Source: Acidimicrobiia bacterium (GTDB taxonomy: Bacteria > Actinomycetota > Acidimicrobiia > Spongiisociales > Spongiisociaceae). Taken from it: a DNA stretch of 64,000 nucleotides. The translations under genes were made by a program, and so were the position numbers. The stretch is taken from NCBI GenBank assembly GCA_041576165.1, contig JBFGLM010000016.1, positions 25,301 through 89,300 on the forward strand, read 5' to 3'. Under the pieces are notes generated by a model. The model did not search any database and was not told the origin of the DNA. It saw only the letters and a program-made list of their open reading frames with translations. Shown here in pieces: positions 12,730 through 22,028 of this stretch (position 1 is the stretch's first letter; every line of letters begins with the position of its first letter).

Positions 12730-15459
12730 TCACACCACCACGTTGACGAGGTTGGGTGGGCGCGCGATGACCTTGCGTACTTCGGCGCCGTCGATGTGCT
12801 TGACGACGTTGTCGGCCGCCAGCGCCAGTTCGGTCGCCTCGGCTTCGGTGATGTCGGCCGACACTTCCACCCGGGCGCGCAGCTTGCCGTTGACCTGCAC
12901 CACCATTGTGACCGTGTCATCCCGGGCGGCCTCCTCGTCGACCTCGGGCCACGACTGGAGATGCACGCTCTCGGAGTGACCCATCCGATGCCAGAGTTCC
13001 TCGGTGATGTGGGGGGCAATCGGAGCCAGAAGCTTGACCAGCAGCTCCGCTGCTTCCGCGAAGGCCTCCGCCGTAACGTTGCCCGTAGACGACACCTCAT
13101 TGAGCGTGTTGCGGAGCTTCATGAGTTCGGCGACCGCCGTATTCCATTTGAAGTTCTCGATATCGGAGCCAACCTTGCCAATCGCCTGGTGGGCCTGTCG
13201 ACGCAACGCGGCTGTGGCGCTTGCGTCAGTTTCGCTTTCGCTGTAACCGAGCGTGCCCAGCCGCCACACATCCTGGATGAATCGATGGGCGCCCCTGATG
13301 CCCCGGCTGTCCCAAGGGCCACCCTTCTCCCACTCAAACGCAAACATCAAATATGTGCGCACGGTGTCTGCGCCGTACGCCTTGACCAGTTCGTCCGGAG
13401 CGACGACGTTGCCACGCGACTTGGACATCCGTTGCACATCCAGCCGGTGCTGGAGTTGCGTGACGTCGTTGTCACCAGGTATAGACGGGATGTTGACCGT
13501 TGCGGTGGCGGGCACTTCGACGATCACCGGATCGCCATCGGCGGGTTGGACGTGGAGGACGTTCTCGGTGCGCCGGACCAGCTCACCGGCCACCCGCTCG
13601 GCGTCGGATGAGGCCGGTTCATCGTGTCCGACGACCCGGACGCTTTTGGCCATGAACCGGTCATCCGCCCAGGACCCCGCTATCTCCACCCGGTCGCCCA
13701 ATCGCTCCTCCCCCAGGATCTGACCCTGGTTGCGCAGCATGACGAACGGCTCATCGAACGCGGCAAGCTGGTCCCGGCCGTGCGCCTTCATGGCGGCAAC
13801 AGTGTCGTCGAACATGCCGAGATCCCGCATGGCCTTGACGAAGAAGCGGGCATACATCAGGTGGAGGACTGCATGCTCCGCCCCGCCGGTATACGTGTCG
13901 ACCGGCAACCAGTAGGCCGCTTCTTCCGGGTCGAATGGGGCCGTATCCAGCTGCGGCGACAAGTAGCGGAACCAGTACCAGGACGAGCACATGAAGGTGT
14001 CGAGCGTGTCGGTTTCCCTGGTCGCCGGGCGGCCCTGGCCGTCCACCGTGTGAAGGAAAGGCTCGTGGTAGGTCAAGGGACTGCGCCCGGAGGGCTGGAA
14101 ATCAACCTTGTCGGGCAGCTCCACCGGCAGCTCCGAGTCCGGAACGGGCACGATCCCATCTTCCGTGTAGATGATCGGGATGGGACTGCCCCAGTAGCGC
14201 TGACGGCCGATGATCCAGTCCCGCAGCCGGTACTGCACCGCGCCTTCACCGTGGCCCTCGGCCTCCAACCATTCGATGATTCGAGCCTTGGCGTCGTCGA
14301 GATCGAGGCCGTTGAGAAACCCTGAGTTGATCGCCGGCCCCTCGCCCAGGTACGCCTTGCCTTCGAAGTCGGGCGGGGGCTGCACCGTACGCACGATCGG
14401 CAGTTCGTATTGTTCTGCGAACTCCCAGTCGCGCTCGTCTTGTCCGGGGACCGCCATGATTGCTCCGGTGCCATACGTCAACAGCACGTAGTCGGCGATC
14501 CACACCGGCAACCTGGCGCCGTTGACCGGATTGAGCGCATATCCGCCCGTGAAGACGCCGGTCTTGTCACGCGACAGGTCAACCCGTTCCAGCTCGCTCC
14601 GGCCCGCGGCCATCTCCTTGTACGCGATGACTTCATCCCAGTGGCTTTCGGTCGTGAGCACCTCGACCAGCGGATGCTCCGGTGCCAGCACCATGAACGT
14701 AGCGCCGAAGAGCGTGTCGGGCCGCGTCGTGAACACCTCAATGTCGTCGCCACCGTCGGTGTGGAACCGAATACGGGCGCCTTCGGACCGGCCGATCCAG
14801 TTGGTCTGCATCGTCTTGATCGGCTCCGGCCAGTCCATACCCTCGAACGAGAGCAGTTCCTCGGCGTAGTTCGTGATCCGGAAAAACCACTGCTCCATCA
14901 TGCGCTGGACGACAGGCTGGCCGGTACGTTCGTCTTTGCCGTCGATCACCTGCTCGTTGGCCAGCACGGTCTGCAGCGTCGGTGACCAGTTGACCAGTGC
15001 CTCACTCCGGTAGGCCAGGTCGTTCTCGTAGAACTTCTTGAAGAACCACTGCGACCATCGGTAGTACTCGGGCGTGCATGAGATCGCCTCGCGCCGCCAG
15101 TCGAACATCGCCCCCATCGACTTCAGCTGGGTGCGCATTCGCTCGATGTTGTCGTAGGTCCAGATTCGCGGATCGATGTTGCGCTGGATCGCGGCGTTTT
15201 CGGCCGGCAAACCGAACGCGTCGAAGCCCATCGGGAACAGGACGTTGTAACCCTTCATCCGCATGTACCGGGCTCGGGCATCACCGGGCGTCATGGCATA
15301 CCAGTGACCCATGTGCAGATCACCACTCGGGTAGGGCAGCATCGTGAGCGCGTAATGCTTGGGACGGCCCCAATCGACGTCGGAGTGGTACAGGCCGGTC
15401 TCTTCCCACACCTGCTGCCATTTCGCTTCGGTGGCGTTGTGGTCGTAGCGCTCTTGCAT
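12730..15459 (-). CDS. leuS: Leucine--tRNA ligase
   Basis: PYPSGDLHMGH, FTTRPDT, YGTGAIMAVP, RMSKS, VVQVNGKLR. Confidence 0.98.
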   Translation of the reverse strand: MQERYDHNATEAKWQQVWEETGLYHSDVDWGRPKHYALTMLPYPSGDLHMGHWYAMTPGDARARYMRMKGYNVLFPMGFDAFGLPAENAAIQRNIDPRIWTYDNIERMRTQLKSMGAMFDWRREAISCTPEYYRWSQWFFKKFYENDLAYRSEALVNWSPTLQTVLANEQVIDGKDERTGQPVVQRMMEQWFFRITNYAEELLSFEGMDWPEPIKTMQTNWIGRSEGARIRFHTDGGDDIEVFTTRPDTLFGATFMVLAPEHPLVEVLTTESHWDEVIAYKEMAAGRSELERVDLSRDKTGVFTGGYALNPVNGARLPVWIADYVLLTYGTGAIMAVPGQDERDWEFAEQYELPIVRTVQPPPDFEGKAYLGEGPAINSGFLNGLDLDDAKARIIEWLEAEGHGEGAVQYRLRDWIIGRQRYWGSPIPIIYTEDGIVPVPDSELPVELPDKVDFQPSGRSPLTYHEPFLHTVDGQGRPATRETDTLDTFMCSSWYWFRYLSPQLDTAPFDPEEAAYWLPVDTYTGGAEHAVLHLMYARFFVKAMRDLGMFDDTVAAMKAHGRDQLAAFDEPFVMLRNQGQILGEERLGDRVEIAGSWADDRFMAKSVRVVGHDEPASSDAERVAGELVRRTENVLHVQPADGDPVIVEVPATATVNIPSIPGDNDVTQLQHRLDVQRMSKSRGNVVAPDELVKAYGADTVRTYLMFAFEWEKGGPWDSRGIRGAHRFIQDVWRLGTLGYSESETDASATAALRRQAHQAIGKVGSDIENFKWNTAVAELMKLRNTLNEVSSTGNVTAEAFAEAAELLVKLLAPIAPHITEELWHRMGHSESVHLQSWPEVDEEAARDDTVTMVVQVNGKLRARVEVSADITEAEATELALAADNVVKHIDGAEVRKVIARPPNLVNVVV

Positions 15460-15540
15460 GTGACCTGAGATGGTATCGCAGCCGTGGCCCGGGGAGGTCG
15501 TCATTGCGGCCAGCGGCTCTAGGGAGGGTACGCTGGCGCC

Positions 15541-16206
15541 GTGCCCAGGATCGCGCTGATCATCGAATCCGAGCACAGGGCCCAGGCCGGGCACCTGGGT
15601 GATGCCGCCCAGGCCCGCGGTTTCGAGTTGGTTCGGATGCAGGTCGACGGTAATGCTGCGGCGTTCGACGATCTGCCGGATCCAGAGATTGTGATCGTGA
15701 CGGGATCTCACGAGCACTGGTGGGAGCGCGATGACCACCCTCATCTGCAACGCGAGCTGGCGTGGATCCAAGGCTGTATCGCTTCGCAGACCCCCATTCT
15801 GGGCGCTTGTTTCGGAGGTCAAGCGCTGGCACTGGCGCTGGGTGGGGAAGTCAAGCCGCTTGGATTCACCGAAATCGGCTGGGTGAAGCTCGAAACCACA
15901 CGCCCCGAGCTGATTCCGGCTGGGCCGTGGCTGGCTTGGCACTCGGACTACTTCGCGCTGCCCGACGGCGCCGAACCGCTCGCCCGCAACGACGTGTGCG
16001 TCCATGCCTTCCGGCATGGCCCGCACCTCGGGTTGCAGTTCCATCCCGAGGTAGGTCCGGACCTGCTGGGGCATTGGATCGACGAAGTCCCGGAGGGGAC
16101 CGACCCCGATCAGCTGATTGCCGACGCCCGCCGCCACGCCACAGCCGCCCGGGAGCGGGCATTTGATTTGTTCGACGTATTCCTCTCGTTGGGGCAGACA
16201 CAATGA
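15541..16206 (+). CDS. Class I glutamine amidotransferase-like protein
   Basis: LGACFGGQ nucleophile elbow and QFHPE. Confidence 0.9.
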   Translation: MPRIALIIESEHRAQAGHLGDAAQARGFELVRMQVDGNAAAFDDLPDPEIVIVTGSHEHWWERDDHPHLQRELAWIQGCIASQTPILGACFGGQALALALGGEVKPLGFTEIGWVKLETTRPELIPAGPWLAWHSDYFALPDGAEPLARNDVCVHAFRHGPHLGLQFHPEVGPDLLGHWIDEVPEGTDPDQLIADARRHATAARERAFDLFDVFLSLGQTQ

Positions 16207-16937
16207 AACCAACGGTTGCAGTGACCCTGTGGCGGCGGACCGCCCCCACGTTCCTGTACGACCACACGGTCATGCATACCCTGGTGGACGACTATGCCGC
16301 CGCGCTGGCCCGCGCCGGCGCAGTGATGCTGCTGGTGGGACCGCTCGACGCTGCCGACGTGGGAGAGGTGCTCGACCGGGTGGATGGGCTCGTCGTCACC
16401 GGTGGCGGCGACTTCGAACCCGCTAGCTACGCCGCGGACAACACCCACTCGGTCAATATCGAGCCGGATGCCGACGCCCGTGATCTGGCCTTGGTGCAAG
16501 GCGCCCGGGAGCGTCGAATGCCGGTGCTCGGAATCTGCCGTGGAATGCAGGCCATCAACATCGCACTGGGCGGATCGCTACGCCAGGAGGTCAACGGGGA
16601 TTCGCACGATCATCCGTCCCTGGCCGATTCGCCGGATGAACGAAACGCCCATCGTCACCTGGTGTCATTCGACGACGGATGCCGGCTCTCCCGGATATAC
16701 GGGACCAGCGAACGCAAGGTCAACTCATTGCACCATCAGGGCTTGCATCGCATCGCCGATGGCATCCGGGTCGTGGGATCGACGGCCGACGGCAACCCCG
16801 AAGCTGTCGAATCAACGGACGGATCCTGGCCGGTGCTGGCCGTGCAATGGCATCCCGAGATGCTGGACGATCCGGTGGAGGACCGTTTGTTCGCGGCCTT
16901 CGTTGCAGACACTCGTGCGTACCGGGAGCGCGCCTAG
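16203..16937 (+). CDS. Gamma-glutamyl-gamma-aminobutyrate hydrolase family (peptidase C26)
   Basis: TGGGD, LGICRGMQ, VNSLHHQG, VQWHPE. Confidence 0.9.
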   Translation: MKPTVAVTLWRRTAPTFLYDHTVMHTLVDDYAAALARAGAVMLLVGPLDAADVGEVLDRVDGLVVTGGGDFEPASYAADNTHSVNIEPDADARDLALVQGARERRMPVLGICRGMQAINIALGGSLRQEVNGDSHDHPSLADSPDERNAHRHLVSFDDGCRLSRIYGTSERKVNSLHHQGLHRIADGIRVVGSTADGNPEAVESTDGSWPVLAVQWHPEMLDDPVEDRLFAAFVADTRAYRERA

Positions 16938-16961
16938 CACTCGCCGCTCAGCGGACCGCTG

Positions 16962-17549
16962 CTAGGCCGGCAACCTCACAAATTCGGCCCACCGGGTCGA
17001 CCATGGTCGCCTCCTGGGGTGAGCGGCCGGCTCGTCGACCGTCAACTCGAAGCCTGAGCCCAGCGAACCCGCCAGGTCGGAGGTTGACATGCCGAACGGG
17101 GGTCCTCCCTCCGAGAGCGGCCGGCCGAACGGAAACACGCACGAGGCGATCCGCCCGCCGGGTCGCAGCACCGTGGCCGCCCAGCTCCCGAACTCGGGCC
17201 GGCGGCGCAACGGGATGGCGCAGAAGAACGTGTGATCGAAGACGAGGTCGACGTCCTCCTCCGGCGCCCAATCTAGGGCGTCTGCAATCACCACCTGCCC
17301 CGCCGGGCCGACCGCATTGTGCAATCGGTCCGCTAGCCGGGCCACGAACTCGATCGCCGTGACCTGCCAGCCCGCTTGCGCCAGCGCTCGGGCATCATGC
17401 CCGGTCCCGGCCCCCGGGACCACCACCCGCCCCGGCGGGCCGAGCGCGGGCAGCCGGTCGACCAGCTCGGGATGGGCCCGGCCCAGGTCCCACGGAGTTG
17501 TACCGGCCGCATAGCGGGATCCCCAGTCGGTCGGAGTTGGATCAGGCAT
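16962..17549 (-). CDS. Thiopurine S-methyltransferase-like SAM methyltransferase
   Basis: TPWDLG, VPGAGTGHDA, FDHTFFCAI, GGPPF. Confidence 0.88.
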   Translation of the reverse strand: MPDPTPTDWGSRYAAGTTPWDLGRAHPELVDRLPALGPPGRVVVPGAGTGHDARALAQAGWQVTAIEFVARLADRLHNAVGPAGQVVIADALDWAPEEDVDLVFDHTFFCAIPLRRRPEFGSWAATVLRPGGRIASCVFPFGRPLSEGGPPFGMSTSDLAGSLGSGFELTVDEPAAHPRRRPWSTRWAEFVRLPA

Positions 17550-17624
17550 CGCGCGATCGTATCGGCTGTGGGCCAGACCACCCACCGGCTACATTGCCGC
17601 CGAAACGAGAATAGGGAGTCGAGC

Positions 17625-18473
17625 GTGCAGAAACTGGGAATCGTCGGCGTAGGACAGATGGGCGCCGGTATCGCCGAGGTGGCGGCCAAAGCCGGCGTCG
17701 ACGTCGTCGCCCGCGAGATCGACGCGGATCTGCTCGGCAAGGCCCAAGCCCGAATCGAAAAATCGCTACGTCGCGCCGTCGAGCGAGGAAAGCTCGACGA
17801 AGCTGGGATGGAATCGGCTCTCGGAGGAATCGACTTCACGACCGATCTCGCGGCCATGGCCGACCGGGAGCTGATCGTCGAGGCTGCCACCGAGAACGAG
17901 GATCTGAAGCTGTCGATCTTCTCGGACCTCGATCGCATCGCCCTCGACGGCGCAATCCTGGCCTCTAACACGTCGTCATTACCGATCACCCGTCTGGCCC
18001 GGGCCACCCGCCGGCCTGAGCACGTGGTCGGCATGCATTTCTTCAACCCAGTGCCGGTGATGGGGTTGATGGAGCTCGTCACGACTGTTCTGACTTCCGA
18101 CGAAACCCGGAACCGAGCCCGGGCGTTCGCCGAGGAGAAGATGGGAAAGACCGTCATCGACGCCAAGGACCGGGCCGGATTCATCGTCAACATGCTGCTC
18201 GTCCCGTACATGACCGAGGCGATGCGTATGTACGAAGAGGGCTTCGCGTCGGCGGAGGACATCGATGCCGGAATGCGGCTGGGCGCCAACCACCCGATGG
18301 GACCGCTCGAGCTGGCCGATTTCATCGGCCTGGACACAATGAAGTTCGTCGCCGATGTGCTCTTCGATGAATTCAAAAAGCCGCAGTACGCTCCGCCGCC
18401 GCTGCTGGTGCGCATGGTGGAAGCCGGGTTGCTCGGACGGAAGACCGGCCGCGGATTCTACGAGTACTCCTGA
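17625..18473 (+). CDS. 3-hydroxybutyryl-CoA dehydrogenase
   Basis: GVGQMGAGIA, ASNTSS, GMHFFNP, HPMGPL, GRKTGRGFY; GTG start after GGGAG. Confidence 0.95.
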   Translation: MQKLGIVGVGQMGAGIAEVAAKAGVDVVAREIDADLLGKAQARIEKSLRRAVERGKLDEAGMESALGGIDFTTDLAAMADRELIVEAATENEDLKLSIFSDLDRIALDGAILASNTSSLPITRLARATRRPEHVVGMHFFNPVPVMGLMELVTTVLTSDETRNRARAFAEEKMGKTVIDAKDRAGFIVNMLLVPYMTEAMRMYEEGFASAEDIDAGMRLGANHPMGPLELADFIGLDTMKFVADVLFDEFKKPQYAPPPLLVRMVEAGLLGRKTGRGFYEYS

Positions 18474-18707
18474 TCCGGCCACGACGCTCGTGGACCCAGC
18501 AACACAACGGCCCGCTTGGGTGGCTCGACGGTCACGCGGAGCGGCAGATGCGCGCGGTCGTGGCCGGCGTGGGTAAGGTGTTCGCCAGTTAGGTGTAGGC
18601 AGCGTCCTCCTAGTGGCGGAACCACCGCCTCGGCGGAGCGGCGGACGGCGGGCAGTTGATCCAGAAAGTGGGGATCAAGCCCGGCAGCCTACGAAGGAGC
18701 CGAAGGC

Positions 18708-18962
18708 ATGGCCAAGAAACTGTTTGTGGGAAACATCTCGTTCGCGACGACCTCGGAGGACTTGCGCGACATGTTCGCCCCACATGGTGAAGTGACGGAC
18801 GCAGTCGTGATCCAGGATCGGGCCACCGGGCGCTCGCGGGGATTCGGCTTCGTCGAGATGGCCAATGAGGAAGCGGCCAACGCGGCGATCGAGGCCCTGA
18901 ACGGCGCCAACGTCGGTGGCCGGGATCTCACGGTCAACGTGGCCCGCGAGCGAACCCGCTGA
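18708..18962 (+). CDS. RRM (RNP-1) RNA-binding protein
   Basis: RNP2 LFVGNI and RNP1 RGFGFVEM; AAGGAG RBS. Confidence 0.95.
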   Translation: MAKKLFVGNISFATTSEDLRDMFAPHGEVTDAVVIQDRATGRSRGFGFVEMANEEAANAAIEALNGANVGGRDLTVNVARERTR

Positions 18963-19056
18963 GCAGCGGCCGCGCGCTTCCGGCCCTCGGTTAGGCCACC
19001 AGAGCTCCAAGTATCTAGCGTCGGCGACCATGGCGCACCTGGCGTGGAGGTGACTG

Positions 19057-19824
19057 TTGCGCGGGCTGACGGGCAAGGTAGCCATAGTGACCGGCGGCGG
19101 TGGCGGGATCGGGTCGGCCGTGTGCCGGCGTCTGGGTGAGCAAGGCGCTCATGTCGCTGTTTTAGACCTGGACACTGACACCGCTATGCGAGTGGCGGCC
19201 GAGGTGGCCGGTATGGGAGTCCAGACTGTGCCGATCGAATGCGACATCGCTGACTATCGAGCGGTTGAGCAGGCCGTGGCAGATGCCGTCACGACGCTGG
19301 GCCCGATCGACATCCTCATCAACAACGCGGGCTGGGACGTGTTCAAGCCGTTCGTCTCGACCGAACCGCACGAATGGGATCGGTTGATTCAAATCAACCT
19401 GATCGGCGCTCTGAACACGCACCACGTCGTGTTGCCGTTGCTGGTCGAGCACGGAGGCGGCCGCATAGTCAATGTTGCGTCCGACGCCGCCCGGGTGGGC
19501 TCTTCGGGTGAGGCCGTGTATGCAGCGTGCAAGGCCGGAGTCGTCGGCTTGTCCAAGACCCTGGCGCGAGAACACGCCCGGCACAACATCACGATCAACG
19601 TCGTCTGTCCCGGGCCGACCGACACAGCCCTGTTCGCCACCGTACGGGAAGGTGCTGCCAATCCCGAGAAGCTCGAGGCGGCGTTTCGGCGGGCCATTCC
19701 GATGGGGCGGATCGGCCATCCTGGGGACCTGCCGGGGGCGATCTGTTTCCTCGCCAGCGACGATGCCGCGTACATCACCGGCCAGGTCCTGAGTGTGTCG
19801 GGCGGCCTCACCATGTCCGGATGA
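19057..19824 (+). CDS. SDR oxidoreductase, BadH-like (2-hydroxycyclohexanecarboxyl-CoA dehydrogenase family)
   Basis: NNAGWD, SDAARVGSSGEAVYAACK, VCPGPTDT, SVSGGLTM. Confidence 0.85.
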   Translation: MRGLTGKVAIVTGGGGGIGSAVCRRLGEQGAHVAVLDLDTDTAMRVAAEVAGMGVQTVPIECDIADYRAVEQAVADAVTTLGPIDILINNAGWDVFKPFVSTEPHEWDRLIQINLIGALNTHHVVLPLLVEHGGGRIVNVASDAARVGSSGEAVYAACKAGVVGLSKTLAREHARHNITINVVCPGPTDTALFATVREGAANPEKLEAAFRRAIPMGRIGHPGDLPGAICFLASDDAAYITGQVLSVSGGLTMSG

Positions 19825-19925
19825 ACGCGGAAGTGTGACCGGACGGTGCGCACGTTTGGCGCCCGGCTCTCCGGCCACCCTGGGCAACCGCTCAGGCCCG
19901 TCCGCAAAGGAGCCGATGCAACAGG

Positions 19926-20780
19926 ATGCAGGCCGAGTCCTCCCTTCTGCGCTCTCTCGAGGACGGGCCGCCGGCCGCCGTACTGATGGTGGCGATCGCT
20001 GCTGCGCTGCTCGTGGCGATCATCGACGGCGTCACCGGGCCGGATGTCTCCTTTTCGTTCTTCTACGTCATGCCGGTGGCCATCGTGGCCTGGCGCTTCC
20101 TCCGAGCCGGAGCGGTGGCGGCCGCCACGTTTGCCTCGGCCATCTGGTTGGGGATCGACCTCGCGACCGGGCCGGTCCGGCCACTGGCGATTCCGCTGTG
20201 GAACACGCTGATCAGGGGGGCGTTCTTCGTGACGATCGGCGTGTTGCTCGTGGGTCTGCGCCAAGCACTGATCCGCGAGCGCGATCTGGCCAGGTTCGAC
20301 GCATTGACCGGTCTCGCCAATCGGCGGACATTTGTCGATGTCGCCGGTGGGGAACTCGCCCGAGCCGACCGGACCGCGGAACCGGTCACGATTGCGCTGA
20401 TCGATCTCGACGAGTTCAAAGCGATCAACGACTCCGCTGGACACGGCAGCGGCGACGCCGCACTGAGGTCGGTGGCGAGAACGATCGAGTCCTCGGTACG
20501 TCGCCACGACCTGGCAGCCCGATTGGGCGGGGACGAGTTCGCGCTGTTAGTGACGGGCAGCGGTATCGAAGCTCGTGCCGTGCTCGAGCGGATCTGCGAG
20601 CGGGTGGGGTGGATCGAAATTGCCGAGCGGCCGCTGGGCTGCTCGATCGGGGCAAGCACAGTGACGGGAGGATCGCTCGATGATGCCCTGGCCGCTGCAG
20701 ACCGCGCTCTGTATCGGGCAAAACGACGCGGCAAGGGCCAAGTCGAGATCGTTGACGCTCCCGATCGGGCGGTCAGCTGA
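19926..20780 (+). CDS. Membrane-bound diguanylate cyclase (GGDEF)
   Basis: About four TM segments, then DALTGLANRR, DLDEFKAIND, RLGGDEF. Confidence 0.93.
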   Translation: MQAESSLLRSLEDGPPAAVLMVAIAAALLVAIIDGVTGPDVSFSFFYVMPVAIVAWRFLRAGAVAAATFASAIWLGIDLATGPVRPLAIPLWNTLIRGAFFVTIGVLLVGLRQALIRERDLARFDALTGLANRRTFVDVAGGELARADRTAEPVTIALIDLDEFKAINDSAGHGSGDAALRSVARTIESSVRRHDLAARLGGDEFALLVTGSGIEARAVLERICERVGWIEIAERPLGCSIGASTVTGGSLDDALAAADRALYRAKRRGKGQVEIVDAPDRAVS

Positions 20781-20800
20781 GGCGCTTCGCCCGCCGCCCG

Positions 20801-21073
20801 CTAGTCCTGCCGGTACTCATCGAGGTACCGACCGGCCTTGCGCTCTTCGAGGTGGCGACCATCCATGAAGTAGGCCAGTGCGTGAAACGCCGGCGCGAAT
20901 CCTCAGGCCGCCGTGATCCAGAAGGCTCAGATGCCGCCCGGTCCCATCGCATTCAGGATCCAGAAGAAGGCACTGATGATCACGAAGGCCCCAGCGTGCC
21001 ACATCAATCCGGGGAGATTGTGTGCCCGCCTCAGCGCAAGCTGTTCGGGGCTCGGGGTTTGCGTTGATGCCAC
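20801..21073 (-). pseudogene. 2TM-domain small membrane protein with two in-frame TGA codons
   Basis: AGGAG then GTG at 21073; VASTQTPSPEQLALRRAHNLPGLMWHAGAFVIISAFFWILNAMGPGGI*AFWITAA*GFAPAFHALAYFMDGRHLEERKAGRYLDEYRQD*; TGA at 20927-20929 and 20903-20905. Confidence 0.75.
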
Positions 21074-21210
21074 GAACAACTCCTTTGCATCGTTCCTCCA
21101 GTGTCGGCAAGCCTGCGAGGACGCGGTAGGTCCTTGGTCGTGTCGGGTGTGGGATGAAGTACCACGACCTTCGGCTCTAGTGGAGGTCCCGCAAGGCTGA
21201 GAGACTCGAG

Positions 21211-22002
21211 ATGAGCCGGGAGTCGTCAGTGGCTGCACGTCTGGTTCTGACCGGAGTCCTGATCCTCAGCCTGGTGTCGTGCCGGCCGGGCGTTGGAGAT
21301 CGCACGGCAACCACGAGTTCCGTCGTGCCGTCGACGACTACCTCAATCGAGGTGGCTGCCGCGCCCCCGACCGAGCCCATGACACAGCCGCGCGCCACAC
21401 CGACAACAGCGACAACAAACACCACGGCTGTCCCACCCTGCACAACGACGACATCCAGCACAGCACCAACAACGACTACCACGCAGGCCCCGGCTGCACC
21501 CGCTCTGGTGCTGCGCCACGACGGTCTCGGGTTGGTTTCCTTTGGCGAGTCGGTCGCCTCGGTAATGGCGGACCTGACGGAAGTGTTGGGCCCGCCGGAC
21601 TGGGAGGAGATCCAGATCTCGGCAGATCTCGACTTCAGCGCGGCCTGGGGGCCGGACGGCGACGAGTTCCTCTACTTACAGTTCACCTACTGGGGTTACT
21701 TCGACGCTGCCCCTCCGCCCCCAGGACCGATGCCCGAAGGGCCGGTGCTCCATTACTACCTGACCAAGTCAGACGCCCTCGCAACGGAAGCCGGGATCAC
21801 CGTCGGATCGAATGTGGCCGATCTCGTGGCCGCCTACCCCAACGTGCACTTCGATCTCGGCTGCGCGGAAAACGAGTTCATGCTCGACCCGACAACTGGG
21901 TGGCTGCGGCTGCCGATGTGGGGACTGCTGGATGGTGAAGCGGACAACTCGGCCACCCGCATCGTCTACATCGGCGCCGGCTGGGACCGGTCTCCCTGCT
22001 GA
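21211..22002 (+). CDS. Putative lipoprotein with Thr-rich linker
   Basis: Lipobox-like LVSC, Thr/Pro-rich stalk, globular domain starting LVLRHDGLG. Confidence 0.75.
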   Translation: MSRESSVAARLVLTGVLILSLVSCRPGVGDRTATTSSVVPSTTTSIEVAAAPPTEPMTQPRATPTTATTNTTAVPPCTTTTSSTAPTTTTTQAPAAPALVLRHDGLGLVSFGESVASVMADLTEVLGPPDWEEIQISADLDFSAAWGPDGDEFLYLQFTYWGYFDAAPPPPGPMPEGPVLHYYLTKSDALATEAGITVGSNVADLVAAYPNVHFDLGCAENEFMLDPTTGWLRLPMWGLLDGEADNSATRIVYIGAGWDRSPC

Positions 22003-22028
22003 CGCCGGGCGCATGCCCGGGGACATGC

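Noticed and set aside
16933-16966. CIRCE-like TAGCACTC in a window that encodes hrcA
   Set aside because: The second half-site (GAGTGCTAA after 9 nt) is missing, and the site lies between convergent gene ends. It is better explained as a terminator-like cctagca/tgctagg stem.
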